Of a stretch of DNA of 64,000 bases, positions 39,207 to 52,061 are shown piece by piece. The DNA lies in NCBI GenBank assembly GCA_951406725.2, contig OX597820.1:114638001-114702000 (forward strand), read 5' to 3'. The position numbers were made by a program, and so were the translations under genes. This DNA is from Octopus vulgaris. Its lineage: Eukaryota. Within the stretch, counting starts at the first letter, position 1, and every line of letters begins with the position of its first letter. The notes under the pieces were generated by a model. The model saw nothing but the letters and a program-made list of their open reading frames with translations, did not search any database and was not told the DNA's origin.

Positions 39207-40623
39207 AAATGGTGCATTTATCACTTGGCAAAAACCAAATTCTCTTTCCTTGCTGTCTCTTCTATCTTCATTCCAACATTCTGAAAAAGCTTGCGAAAGT
39301 CATGGGAATTGCTCCTTTCTACTATCTTATAAAGAAATAAACAGAAAAAACACTTATCCCTTGCATGTTGAATATGAGACAAAAAGAAAGAAAGAAAGAA
39401 CGAAAGAAAGAAAGAACTGTTTTAAACAGGAATGGTGAACAACTTGCAGATTCAATTCACAGAGAATTTTATCTCTTGTTATAAAAGTCTCACAAACTGA
39501 TTATGTTAACATATTCCTCAAACCAAATCTCTTTGAGTCACAGATTCTGCACTAGTTACTCTACTCAAAATCAATATGGTTGTCATGGTTTTCAACTAAT
39601 CTTTCAGATATTCTGTCAGGTATTTTGCCAGGCCATTTTTACTTCCATTCCAGTGCTGCCATTCTAATGTCTATTATTCAATCAAATTGCCGTTTATCAA
39701 TCAGAAAAATTGTCAATAGATAACTTTAATTTCCTTGTATTCTGTTCTTGGCCATTTCTGCAATCCTATAAATTCAAGGCTTCAAGGAAATCCTCTCTTG
39801 TTACTTTTCTCTATCTATCTCCCTATCTAGTTACCAAGTTAACTAAATGACTATATGATAGCTGTTTATCGAACCAACAAGGTGTTTATCTCTCAAGTTA
39901 TTCTTATCTACCTACACATGTCTGTCTCTATTTCCCTCTCACCATGACTCCTTTCTCACTATTTCATTCTGTCTTTCTCTCTCATATCTCTCTTCCCATT
40001 TTCATGAGCTGGCCAGGTTTTAAAAAAATGTTCATGTCTTGAGTTGTTTACATTTTGACCCCAGGAGGAAGAATCAGTGAAAATATCATAATGGATATTA
40101 GCAACAACTTCAATGGGTTATTCTTTGTGACTTTTTACTTTTTTTGCTCTCTGACTCTCAGATGGCTCTTATCTTTCCCAATCTACTATCAACATCTTTG
40201 TTTGATGACAATGATGATGATGGTGGTGGTGGTTGGATGTAGTAATGATGATTGATAAGAGTTATGATTGATAAAAGAGTTATGATTGATAAGAATGATA
40301 ATGATGATTGATAAGAATGGAGGTGGTGGTTGTGACAGTGTTGATGATGATGATGTTAATGGTATCAAAAATATTGACTAAATGGGAGTAGTGGAGGAGG
40401 TTGTTGTTTAGCCCTGATTGAGTGGACTGAAGATCAAAAGTATTCCATATGTGACCACCTCACCTTTTTCTTTGATACTTGGTGACTCCAGAACACATTA
40501 AAAGATAGTAGAAAGTAGCAATTTCCATGACTTTTGCAAGCTTTTTCAGAATGTTGGAATGAAGATAGAAGAGTCAGCAAGGAAAGAGAATTTGGTTTTT
40601 GCCAAGTGATAAATGCACCATTT
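39207..40623. repeat. Inverted repeat with ~125-bp arms (39207-39332 and 40498-40623)
   Basis: AAATGGTGCATTTATCACTTGGCAAAAACC...CTACTATCTT and its reverse complement are both present. Both ORF-track peptides contain NGAFITWQKPNSLSLL. Confidence 0.9.
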
Positions 40624-40754
40624 GTGACTAAAGATGGTAGACTGTGATGTGATAGAGATTTCATTCCTATGTTTAGTAGATTCAGTGACTTCGAAGAGAT
40701 TCCTGTACTGGTTTGTGACTGGTGGGAAGGCAGTGAACAGAAATATTGACAACA

Positions 40755-41024
40755 ATGGTGGTGTTGGTGATTGGTAGTTGTGGTGATGATGGTGGATGTA
40801 GTAGTGATGGTGGTGGTAATGGTAGTAGTAATGATGGTGGTTGTGGTGGTGGTAGTAGTGATGGTGGTTGTGGTTGATGGTAATGGTTATGATGATGGTG
40901 GTGGTGATGATAGTAGGTGTGGTGATACCTCACTTCTTTCCTGATAGTACCTCATATCTTTCTTTATAGTACCTCACATGTCTCTTCATAGTACCTCACA
41001 TCTCTCTGTATAGTACCCTTACAC
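40755..41024. repeat. (GGT/GAT)n low complexity plus a ~22-bp minisatellite (ATAGTACCTCACATCTCT..) x4-5
   Basis: Directly visible. Confidence 0.8.
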
Positions 41025-41877
41025 TTTATTATTTTGCATCAATATCATGGGGAAATTAATCATGGCATAGTTGATTTCTCTTTAAACTCAAGCAAAAGTT
41101 TGAGCTCAGCACTGCAGCTGAATGAAACAACTAATCAATTTTTATAATGCTGCCACTGTTAATGATGAGTCTATTGCAAGCATGTTGTACTTATTCCCAT
41201 ATAGATGCAAAGTAAGAGATGTAAGTGACTTGACCATAGATAACAGGGTGTTGCCAGATTGGATATAAAACTCCGGCGTCTGGCGACGGACTTGGTAAAC
41301 ACCCACAAAGTTATCAACCACCGCACCAACAACAACACTGAACACCTTTTTGATCTCCATGTGTCTAACACACGTTATACACTTTAGACGAGTTGTAGTG
41401 CACCTGAGCACTGTACACAATTATTATTATTATTAAAACTGCAGTACTGAGTTCAAGTCCTTATTTGGACAAGAGAACCTTGATAGTAATACTCAGATAA
41501 CAGCATCCAAATTAATTTTATCAGTACTCAGTAAAAATCAATCACTACCAGTATCATCATCATCATCATCATCATCACCACCACCACCACCATCATCATC
41601 ATTTAATGTCCATCCTCCACACTGGCATGGATTGAATGGTTCAACATGATCCAAAATCCCAGAGTACTGTGTTGAACTTCAGTGTCTGTTTTGGCAGTTT
41701 CTATGGCTGGATGTTCTTTCCAATTCTGACCACTTTACAGAGTGCATGTGTGTGTTTTAGTTATGGTACTGGTACTAGTGAAGCCAGCAAGACCCCTTGA
41801 GTCGGAATGTAATAGAGAGGTGACTTTGTGCCAGGTGCTTAGAAGTTAAGCATTTTAACCTTATTGTTATTAATAAA

Positions 41878-42972
41878 TCATCATCATCATCATCGTCCGC
41901 TTTCCATGCTAACATGGGTTGGATGATTTGACTGAGGGCTAGCGAACCAGATGGCTGCACCAGGCTCCAATCTTGATCTGGCAGAGTTTCTACAGCTGGA
42001 TGCCCTTCCTGGTGCCAATCACTCCGAAAGTGTAGTGGGTGCTTTTACGTGCCACCAGCACGAGGGTGGTACTGGCAACAGCCACGCTCAAATAGGGTTT
42101 TTAATGTGCCACCTGCAGAGTAGCCAGTCTAGTGGCACTGGCAACGACCTTGCTTGAATGTTTTTTTCACATGCCATGGGCACAAGTAAGGCAACACTGG
42201 TAACGAGCACACTCGAATGGTGCTTTTTATGTGCCACCGGCATGGAAGCCAGTTAGCTGCTCTGGCAACGCAATTTCACTTGCCTCAACAGTTCTTCGCA
42301 AGCAGAGTTTAGTGACCAAAGAAGGAAAACGTACGCATAAGCGGGCTGGTTACGCTCCTTGCATAGGCCACAGGTTATGGTCTCATTTGGCTTTCCGGAT
42401 CTTCTCAAGCACAGCATATTTCCAAACGTCTCAGTTGCTAGACATTTCCTTGGTGAGGCCTAATGTTCAAAGGTCGTGCTTCACCACTTCATCCCAGGTC
42501 TTCCTGGGTCTACCTCTTCCACAGGTTCCCTCAACCACTAGGGGGTGGCACTTTTTCACACAGCTATCCTCATCTATTGTCATCACATGGCCATACCAGC
42601 ACAGTCATCTCTCTTGCACACCACAACTGATGCTTCTTAGGTCCAACTTTTCTCTCAAAGATGCTTACACTCTATTGAGTATGCACACTGACATTACACA
42701 TCCATTGGATCATACTGGCTTCATTCCTTGCGAGCTTACACATGTCCTCAGCAGTCACAGCCCATGTTTCACTACCATGTGGCATGGCTGTTCGTACACA
42801 TGCATCATACAGTTTACCTTTTACTCTGAGCGAGAGGCCCTTTGTCACTAGCAGAGGTAAGAGCTCTCTGAACTTTGCCCAGGCTATTCTTATTTTGCAG
42901 CTACACTTTCAGTGCACCCTTCCCCACTACTGACTTGGTCACCTAGGCAACAGAAGCTATCAACTACTTCTA
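41878..42972 (-). mobile_element. RTE-clade LINE, 5'-truncated
   Basis: The minus strand reads LWYGHVM..DEDSCVKKC..VVEGTCGRGRPRKTWDEVVKHD (RTE ORF C-terminus), followed by a subrepeat-rich 3' UTR and a (GAT)n tail. Confidence 0.88.
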
Positions 42973-43099
42973 TGACATACAAGTATCATCAAAACAATTT
43001 TAAAAAGTAACTATTGTGGAAATTTACTATAGACTACGATGATATAATGCTTTATATTCGTTAGCTAAAAATTCCTGTCTTTTGCAAGGAGATTTTTCA

Positions 43100-43900
43100 G
43101 CATTGAAAAACTGTGTTCTACAGTAGTTGGTATTGCTTGACATTGTATCAGATAAGTATTTCTGTAGGTAAAACTTTGGGGTTCATTAGTTGAATTATTG
43201 AATTGATTTAGTTTTTTATTGCATCTAAAATTAATGTTATTCATGATGCCAGATGGGTCTTTGAGGCTTTTGTAAGCTTTGTAGACGGTGAAGGCTGTTG
43301 ATTCAGGTTTGAGATCAGTTCTTTCACCTGCAAATAGTTTGAGCAGATCTGGATGAGGTTAGTTGTGATCTCAGGAGTTCACACAGCTTCTTTCATTCTC
43401 TGCACCAAAATACCTTCGTCTTCAAAACTCTTCACAATTTTTGTAAATTCTGCAAGGTTCTTGGCATAGTAATTGCAGGCATGTAACCAGCTTCTCCATC
43501 TGGTCACAATTGGCTTAGTTGGGTATCTGATTGTTTTGAATTGCTTAGCATGGTGTTTATTTGGTGGCAGTCAATCAACTGCAAGATAGAAAATCTTTAT
43601 GGAGCACAGGTGTGCAGCAGGTGAGAGAAGCAGGTTACATGGAAGAGCTTAGTGCAAATAACTTGCAATGTTTCTCCAGCAGCTGCTATATGCTGAGCAG
43701 CATCAGACAATAGAAAATTTTCTCTTGGAATTACCAAACATTTTAGCAAATCAGCGATGAACTGAGCAATGACTCTATCAGAGCTGATTTGAGTGGCAAA
43801 CATGCTATTAAGAACGTTTTTTGAAGATTTTTCATTGAATCATTTTGTCATTGAGCTCATTTTCATTAACAATTAAAAATACACTTTGATCAGCCAGGTA
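43100..43900 (-). mobile_element. Degenerate hAT-like transposase (CGGBP1-related type)
   Basis: It reads LSDAAQHIAAAGETLQ...FHVTCFSHLLH (CxxH) and PIVTRWRSWLHACNYY. Confidence 0.65.
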
Positions 43901-43934
43901 GCTCTTGCAATGTTCAACTGTGTTTTCTCGAAGC

Positions 43935-45050
43935 TAGAGATGTCCAACCTTTTATCCTAGTGGGCCAAATTATAAATTTAAGTTTATTCATCGGGCCACA
44001 AAGGCACTTAGATATAAACTTTTCAAAAGTTCAAAATATAGAAAATAAATTTTTTTAATAACAAATATAAATACAAAATAATGTGTTACTGATAGTAAAA
44101 ATGAAATTACACTTACACAAAAAAAAAAATCAATGTGATTTTTGGCATTGCTTTCCTTTTATGATATTCTCAATATCTGCTTTTATGGTACTATTCTTTA
44201 CTCTAAAAAAGTTAGTTAAATGGCAATCACCCAGCCTATTTCTTTCAGCAGTTTTGATGTTTTTCATACACAAAAAGAATTGTTCGTAGCAGTATGTACT
44301 ACCCCACATGCACAACAGTTTTTCTAGCTAAACTGGCAATTTGATCAAATTCATTGAAAGAATGCAATTTCTTGTAAAAGTCAAGAAGGGCATGTTCTCT
44401 ATGATAAATTTTCAAAGATTCTCTACTTTGAAGCTCAATGAGTTCTGGCTGGTATTTGGCTGGGACTTCCACATTAAAAAATGTAAATGGATCACTTAAC
44501 AATTTTAGTTCAGTTTCAATCTTTCTGAAGTCAGAATATCTGGTTGTAAAATCTAACAAAGCTTCACATAATTTAGTGTATTTTTTAAAGTTCATAGGAA
44601 ATTCTTGTCTTTTCGATAAATTCTGAAAAATGCACAATTTCTCCACCCTGCAATTGTATTCCTTACTATTCCTTAGTAAGACTTGTTATTTGCTTAAACA
44701 TTGAAAAACATAACTGGTCTTTTCCTTGTAAAAGCAAATTAAGTTCAGTTAACATTTCAGTGATATCTACTAAAAAGGACAGATCATTCAACCAATCTTC
44801 ATTTGCTAAAAAAATCTACATTTTGCTTTTTGTTTTGCAACAATAATTAAAATCTGTTCAAAGTTGCTGCTTGACTGAACCATCTGACTTTTGAGAAGTA
44901 TATAACGTTTTCATACTCACTGCCAATTTCTACCAAGTATACTTTGAATGTACAATGGTTCAAGCCTCGAGAGCTGATAAAATTAACAACATTCACAATA
45001 TCTGTCATCAACTGTTTCATATTAAATTCCAGAAAGATAGCAGGCCATTG
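43935..45050 (-). mobile_element. hAT (Charlie/SPIN/GTF2IRD2-like) transposon 3' part
   Basis: It reads IVNVVNFISSRGLNH..F...YFSKVRWFS, ELIELQ and GSTYCYEQFF (hAT dimerization). A TIR-like TAGAGATGTCCAACCTTTT is at about 43935. Confidence 0.85.
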
Positions 45051-45499
45051 AACACAGCTATATATACCTACACCCCTGGTAAAAGTTATACATATGACAC
45101 TGCTACACATACCACACACCCCATCCCCACTGGAGCACCACATTGATAATACACACTTTCCCCACTTCAAGATAACTCTTGCTGGTATAGCAATTTCAGA
45201 TCCCCCTCACTAACTTGAAATCACTTTCAGATTACCCCTAGGAGTAATTTGAAATCGATTTCAAGTCACTCCCTATGATTTCAGGGTACTCCCACCTAAA
45301 ATCCTTCCCCGAATGTTAGTCATCATGATAGCAAATAGGGAGATAATGAGTGAACCCATTAAATGTATGTGTTGATGTTTATTTGTGTGTGTATGCGTAA
45401 TGTACATTTGTAAATGAAAGAGAAAGTAATGTAAATCAAAGGGAAAGTCAGAGCGTTCATTTAGTTGAAGTGTTTTCACTTAGTTACTTAATGCTAAAG

Positions 45500-47420
45500 A
45501 AATTCGAAAGAAGCATTTCCAGAACGGCTATTTTTAGTACACAAGACAAGGCTAACAACATTGATTTGATATTTGATTATGTTGTGAACAACAAATATGG
45601 ACTTCATATGTCCAAAAACGAAAAGGCAAACCTATGTAGGTTCTCTAAGCATTATGCTGCATGGAGTGGTCGACTCTACTATTGTCACAGAACAGAGAGA
45701 GAGTAAGAAATTCTGAAAATGAATACCAGGAAGTCTTGGTCATTCGTAATCTAGAGGAGTATTATTTCAAGTATTCCCATGGGCTGTGGAGACAGAGATA
45801 CTGCCTGCTGCTTGGGAAGTCATCTTGGTATCAGCAGAACAAGGGTCAAAATTTTAGAGAGGCTTTATTGGGAAAATGTAGGCAAAGACACAAAAGAGTT
45901 CATTTTGTCTTGTGATTGGCATCAAAAAGTGAAAATTGTTCACAAAATTAATGTTGTATTCTGTTCCTGAGCCAAATGAAGTGATGGCCCAAATTGGTGA
46001 CATGATCATTAATTTGCTGAAAACAGATGATGGTTATTGTTGCATTGTTGTTGCACCGGATTACTTTTCCAAATGGCCTGAGGCTCAACCCTTGAAAGAT
46101 CACACAGTGGGAAGTGTGGGAAAGTTTTTCTTTGAGGATGTTATTGGTCAGCATGGCCATATAAAAATTCAGATAAATGACTGAGGAAGAGAATTTGTAA
46201 ACAGAGTGTCTGCAGAACTACATAAACTAACAGCAACACATAAGTTCTTGTCATTCTCAGAATGACCTTGTGGAGTGACAGACTCACACTATAAAAGAGA
46301 TTCTTATGAAATCCCTTGAGGACCATGGCAACTGGGTTGAATGCTTACCAGCAGTTCAGTTTGGGTATCAAACAGCCAAACATTCTTCAACACATTTTAC
46401 CCCGTTTCAAATTTTATACAACAGGCAAACTACACTTCTAGTTGAACTACAGCACAACCCAACTGCCAAGGATTGGGACTGTTTTAGAAATGATCAGTCT
46501 ATATCCAGAAAAATTGATGTTATGACAGCTATTCAGGATAGTATAATTTTTCAAATTGCTTCCAATATTAGAATAGCTCAGTCCGTTCAAAAAGAACAAT
46601 ACAATAGAAAACACAAGCAACAGCAGTTCAGTATTAGAAATAAAGTTCTGCTCAAAAAGCTAATTCAAGAGGACAGAAAGGGAGGGCACCTTATGGAACG
46701 CCACACAGGTCCTTTCACTGCTGCAGAAGTTGGTGGCAAAAATACCTATCAACTTTCAAATTTCTCTCTAGTTTTGGCTCAGAGCTGTGGCCATGCTGAT
46801 GCACCGCCATTTTGCTACACTGTTATTACGAAGAACCTCCTCTAATATGTGGCACTTGGTGAAGAATGGAGTTTGATACAGCTACTCTCATTTGCACCTC
46901 TTGCTGTGAGGTAGGTTCATCTGGGACTCTTGACAGGAAGAGGTCCAGCTTTGATTAAAAAACCCCTACATCTACTTTGTGCAAGTTTCTCAGACTCTTT
47001 GAGAGAATATTAAAAAGCTGTGGGCCCTTGAAACCCAGGCTGTTGCAGTAGCTGGTCCTGAAGTGTGATGGCATTGCTGTGATCTTTGGCACTATGCAGT
47101 GTCATCCCGTTCTAGCATTGGTATAGCTTTCAATGCCAAAATTCGGCACAATTCCTCCCAGGATCTTCCAGACATATATTACTGCATACCTCTCCCGTCT
47201 TCTCTCCAGGGAGTAGAGTCTTAGCTGTTTCAACCTTTCCCAGTAGCTGAGCTGTTGCAAAGAGACGATCTTCTTTGTGAATCTTCCCTGGATTGTTTCA
47301 AGGTCCACTGTTAATTTCACACACAATAACGTGCTAGAAAAGAAAGTAAATACTGCCAACCTTACTTGATATACTGATCAACCACCAGCAAGTAAAAAAC
47401 GAAAATCAAGATACCCAAGC
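45500..47420 (+). mobile_element. Ginger/GIN1-like Gypsy-type integrase remnant, split by a LINE insertion
   Basis: It reads K.EKANL.R..K.Y....GRLYY, HLGISRT...YW..C, DYFSKWPEA, ND*GREF, HSSTHFTPF and RKGG..GPF..TYQL. It resumes after the LINE as NVLEKKVNTANL. No RT or RNase H is seen upstream. Confidence 0.7.
46765..47322 (-). mobile_element. CR1-like LINE 3' fragment, related to 8003-10399
   Basis: It reads LETIQGRFTKKIVSLQQLSYWERLKQLRLYSLERRRERY..WKILGG.VPN and has the tail GGCGGTGCATCAGCATGGCCACAGC. Confidence 0.88.
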
Positions 47421-47490
47421 TCCAAATTAAAAAATAAAAACTGCAGTGATGTTTTAATGTATATAAATACATTTCATTACCAATTTCAAG

Positions 47491-47749
47491 TGTACTTTTG
47501 GTTATCTCACCCCCATTAAAAAATTGCCATTAAACAACTAAAAAATTGAGTCTAAATGGCGATAAGAGATTGGATTAAAAGAGTTAGATCTTTTTGATTC
47601 AATACTTCAACACATTGTTGACGTTTGGCTCCTCAACATGCTATGACCTGTTTTAGTTGAGGGAGAGAACCAAAAGTATTGATGTTTCTTATAAAACGTG
47701 GGAAGATAACCCAACTTTTTTTAATGGGGTGAGATAACCAATAAGTACC
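47491..47749. mobile_element. MITE family B copy 2
   Basis: TIRs are GTACTTTTGGTTATCTCACCCCATTAAAAAA / TTTTTTAATGGGGTGAGATAACCAATAAGTACC. Confidence 0.75.
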
Positions 47750-48431
47750 AAATAAATTTCGGCTTGTATATAAAACACACATCGTTCTTCAAACCTATGT
47801 CTTATAGTTACATTCTGTCAACTTAACTCAGTCCACTATAAACAACATCCAACTGTTACAAATCTGTAGAAAAAAAGTACTCTAATCCAAATTACTTTCT
47901 CATTAAAGAAAAAAATTGTTTTTATTAAAAAAAAAAATTGTAAACATAATCTCTGATATTCGACTTATTTTTTTCAGCGCATCATAATAGTATTAAAAAA
48001 TATCTAATATTTTTGTCTTATTTTCATATTTTAAGATTAGTTTACAATCTTGAATGTAATCCTGTTTAATGTTATAAAAATATCAGGAGTTGTAAGTCTT
48101 AGAATTTATTATTTTAGCAAAATCGTTGGGGGTGTAATTTGAGATTAGTTTCAGTGAACCTGCCAGATTAACGGGGACGGGGGTGATAACTTGAAATCTT
48201 TAGACCGGCTTCCTTACATACCCAACGAAGGAACATAACTCCTAAACTAATCCCCTGGCCCTTTTCCACAGCAACCGCTGACCGGTTATGCTAACCCACC
48301 TCCGACAATAGGGAGCAGTCACTAAAATCACTTCCATATCAGCTAACTCTAATGAGCGTGAAGTTATAATATCGATTTGTTACCTAACACTCCATAGTAT
48401 TCTTTACCCGAAACCGATTAGTAAGATCAAC

Positions 48432-48833
48432 GGATCCTTTCGGTTTGAACGGCAGTTTTTAACATAATTTCTAGGTAACTAAAAAATTTTAAACTTCGTA
48501 TACTGGTAGAATGTGTTTATAAAACATCTTTTCTCGTGGCTTCACTGAGAAAATTCTATCGTTTGTAAAATATTTGTTGTTTTTTTTCTTCAATTTCAAC
48601 CAATCAATGACGTCTATTGAGGTAAAAAAAAACATTCTGTGCCGTATGAATATGTTCCTCATTTAAGAAACAGATTGGGTTTATTTACATTTGTGAAGAA
48701 AAAAGATACCCTCCCCCCACCCCTAACCCTAAAACAGATTGAAATGCAATAGATCGATACTAGGGTCATAATTATGGGTGACAATTTCATATGACACCGC
48801 TAGAAAAAACTGCTGTTCAAACCGAAAAGATCC
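48432..48833. mobile_element. MITE family A (GGATC TIRs, internal CCCTAA repeats), Merlin-like
   Basis: TIRs are GGATCCTTTCGGTTTGAACGGCAGTTTT / AAAACTGCTGTTCAAACCGAAAAGATCC. The 8-bp flanks are AGATCAAC / AGATCAGC. Confidence 0.85.
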
Positions 48834-49063
48834 AGATCAGCCGTGTTGGAATAGTTAATACTATACATTTCGAATAATATACCCGCTCTACTGACAGATA
48901 TAAAAGTGCATCTTTTCCCTGACGTATGGTCTCAGACGACTCGCGCACATATAATATTAATAAATCTTAGGGTAGCAAAAAAATTTTTAGAAAAATTATT
49001 TGCTACCAGTGGTCTAGCGAGAAGGAAAGATTAGTCAAAAGACTATATATTATTCATAGAAAA

Positions 49064-49307
49064 ATACAGTGTGCATTTAAACACATGAGATGACCATAAT
49101 AGGACATCTGACTCACTAGAAAGAGCAGTTAAACTACAAACCACTAATAGTCCTAATTCTGAAAGGGAAAGAGAAATAAAATAGGGTAAACGTTTTTATT
49201 TCTCTTTCAGAATTACGACTATTAGTGGTTTGGAGTTTAACTGGTCTTTCTAGTGAGTCAGATGCCCTATTACGGTCATCTCTTATGTGTTTAAATGCAC
49301 ACTGTAT
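49064..49307. repeat. Fold-back palindrome with ~110-bp arms
   Basis: ATACAGTGTGCATTTAAACACAT...CTGACTCACTAGAAAGA...AATTCTGAAAG pairs with its reverse complement at about 49192-49307. Confidence 0.9.
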
Positions 49308-49814
49308 ATATATATAGGTATATATATACTGTATTGGAGGCACGGCGAATCAACTGAGAGAGTATCTGGATGCGCTCTCGTGTTTGTCTCACCACCACCG
49401 TTTAATAATCGGTGTCAGTTTGTTTGCGACCCTTTACTTTAGCGTTTAGGTAAAAAAAAAAAAAAAACGACTGATAGAATAAGTAGCTGGCTTAATAAAA
49501 AATAAGTGCTGGGGTCTATTTGTTCGACTAAACCCTTTAAGACGGTGTCCCAGCATGGCAACAGTCTAATGATTGAAATAATAGATAAAAGATAACGAGA
49601 AAAGCTATTAAATGCATATTAGGTTTATCTCATGAAATAAGTTCAAACTGAATTCAACAGTTTTGCGTTATCTAAACGGTCCTTCCGTATTACTGTTGTT
49701 TCCATTTCAAGATGCTATGTCAGATCAAGAAACTTGCCAGACTTCGAAATGTAATAAATTTTGCTTATGTTGATATTTATAGATGAAAGTCAGCCCGACA
49801 AGTTGCACTAGTAT

Positions 49815-50022
49815 CTATTTCTTTACTACCCACAAGGGGCTAAACACAGAGGACAGACAAACGGATTAAGTCGATTATTTCGACCCCAGTGCGTAACTGG
49901 TACTTATTTAATCGACCCCGAAAGGATGAAAGGCAAAGTCGACCTCGGCGGAATTTGAACTCAGAACGTAACGGCTACGCATTTCGCCCGGCGTGCTAAC
50001 GTTTCTGCCAGCTCGCCGCCTT
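49815..50022 (-). mobile_element. Young tRNA-derived SINE with a 15-bp TSD
   Basis: AAGTTGCACTAGTAT occurs at 49800-49814 and 50023-50037. The head is AAGGCGGCGAGCTGGCAGAAACG, with a B-box-like GAGTTCAAATTCC. Confidence 0.92.
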
Positions 50023-52020
50023 AAGTTGCACTAGTATGTCTCAGTTGATTCGCTGTGCATCCCACTTTGAAATAAAAATTTAAATAACAATAATCATATT
50101 TCCAATTTTGTAAAAAGAAAAAAAAAAAAATTCAGTCACTTTGTTCAAACTGAATCAACGAGGGCAGAAGAGCTACATTAAAGGTGGTAATCAATTATTA
50201 ACGAGGTCTGCAATTAGATATAATTATAGAAGTTGTATTCGAAGTGAATTGGTGCGATGATTGAATAGCATTAATATATTTTCACTTAGAGTCCCATTAT
50301 TAAACACGAGAAGACTGAACTATCGATAAATTATCAATTAAGCTTCTCTTTTAAGTTATTTATTAAAAGACAATCATTTCATCATCATTGTTGTTCTTTT
50401 TATACATCTAGGAGCTAATTATATGGACAAACTGCTTTGGGACTTCGATCACATATGCTTGCTTCCATCTTTTGAGAGATGTAACCATATATTTCGCTTT
50501 TAAATTTGGTTGGTATTAAAGCAACGTTCCTAACAACTACAGGTTATTCCAGCCTTTCCCTGCAAGACGAAAAGTATTTTTGGCATGTAAACTTCCTTTT
50601 TTACTATATAAACTTTACTTGGTGGGTCTTCCACCAGAGTGTTGGACATTTAAGTGTAGAAAACCAAGGGAGATAATTCAAACTACTTTATTAACTAAAT
50701 TTTTATTTTAATGGAAATAATTATTTCTAAATTTGGCAGAAGGCAACTGATTTTAGGAGACTGCAGTCGATTCACTCTATAGAAAGTAAGATTTTACCTC
50801 AGATGGGTACAAATGGATAATTAAATATTGCGTCTCCCAGCTCTTAAAAACATACACACACACATGAAAAGAATATTGTATAAAGTTTTATCCTTATATC
50901 AGTTTTCGATGAAGATGGAAAGAAACAACAGATAAAATTCATCACATAAAATGTTTTGAAAACGTCTGCAGTAATGCTGGCAGAGTGTTGGCTTGTTTCT
51001 ATAGGTTCCGTTGAGCTTTGTGGTATGCACTTAGTGTTGATTTGATGTTTTTCTTTGATTAATGTTTACTTGAGAGGACTTCCGAAAAATTCACATGGTC
51101 CTATTTTTCCCTTCGTGACTTTGAAGAAAATGAATATCTTTTAATGAAATTTTATCTAAATAGCTTTCAGACGGCATACATTACGGTTATAAAGAAATTT
51201 GTGGGGAAAATCTTTTCCGAGGGGGTAGGCAGAGGACTTTCGGAAAATTCACAAGATCCGATTTTTTCCCTCGTAAATATCTTTTAGTGAAATTTTATAT
51301 AAATATCTTTCAAACGGCATACATTATAGTTATACAGAAATTTGTGGGGAAAATCTTTTGAAGAGAAAGAAATTCATACATTATACTTTTGCTTGAGTGT
51401 AATGGAAAAACCAATAAGTTATAGTAATTAACCGGAAATATTAAACAAATAAGGAAGGTATCAGACGGTCGTGAGATACGTTAAAAGCAATAGCAAAATC
51501 GCCCTTAACTTTTTTCTATAGTGAAACGATATTCAACACCATCATCAATAATATTAATACGCTAACTTTTTGTTTTTGTACGTACCTGTTGTGTGCGTCA
51601 CACTTGCTTCAAAGAAGTGACAAAGCGAGAGAAAGAGAGGAGGACAGAGAAGTAAGAGAGAGTGAAAGAGACAGTGAGTGGTTACGGCGTTCGTTTTATG
51701 CTTTTAAATATTTATCACATCGCAAGAGAAGTAGATACATATACACATTGTTAAATCAAAAGCGGAAGAGAAGAGGGACACAAAGGAAGTGAAAGAGAGA
51801 GACAGTAGATACATAAATCCAAAGAAAAGTTCATACATAGATATATACACAGCAAATACTGGATGTCAATTTCACTTTTCATTACCACACGAGGATAAAA
51901 TTAACTCACAAACGGCTGAGTACTCCACAAACATGCATAACATTAACGGAATTCTCAGGAAGATTCAACCTCACACAGAATATGACAAGGCTGGCTCCTT
52001 TGAATTACAGCTACAACTCG

Positions 52021-52061
<41 letters not shown>

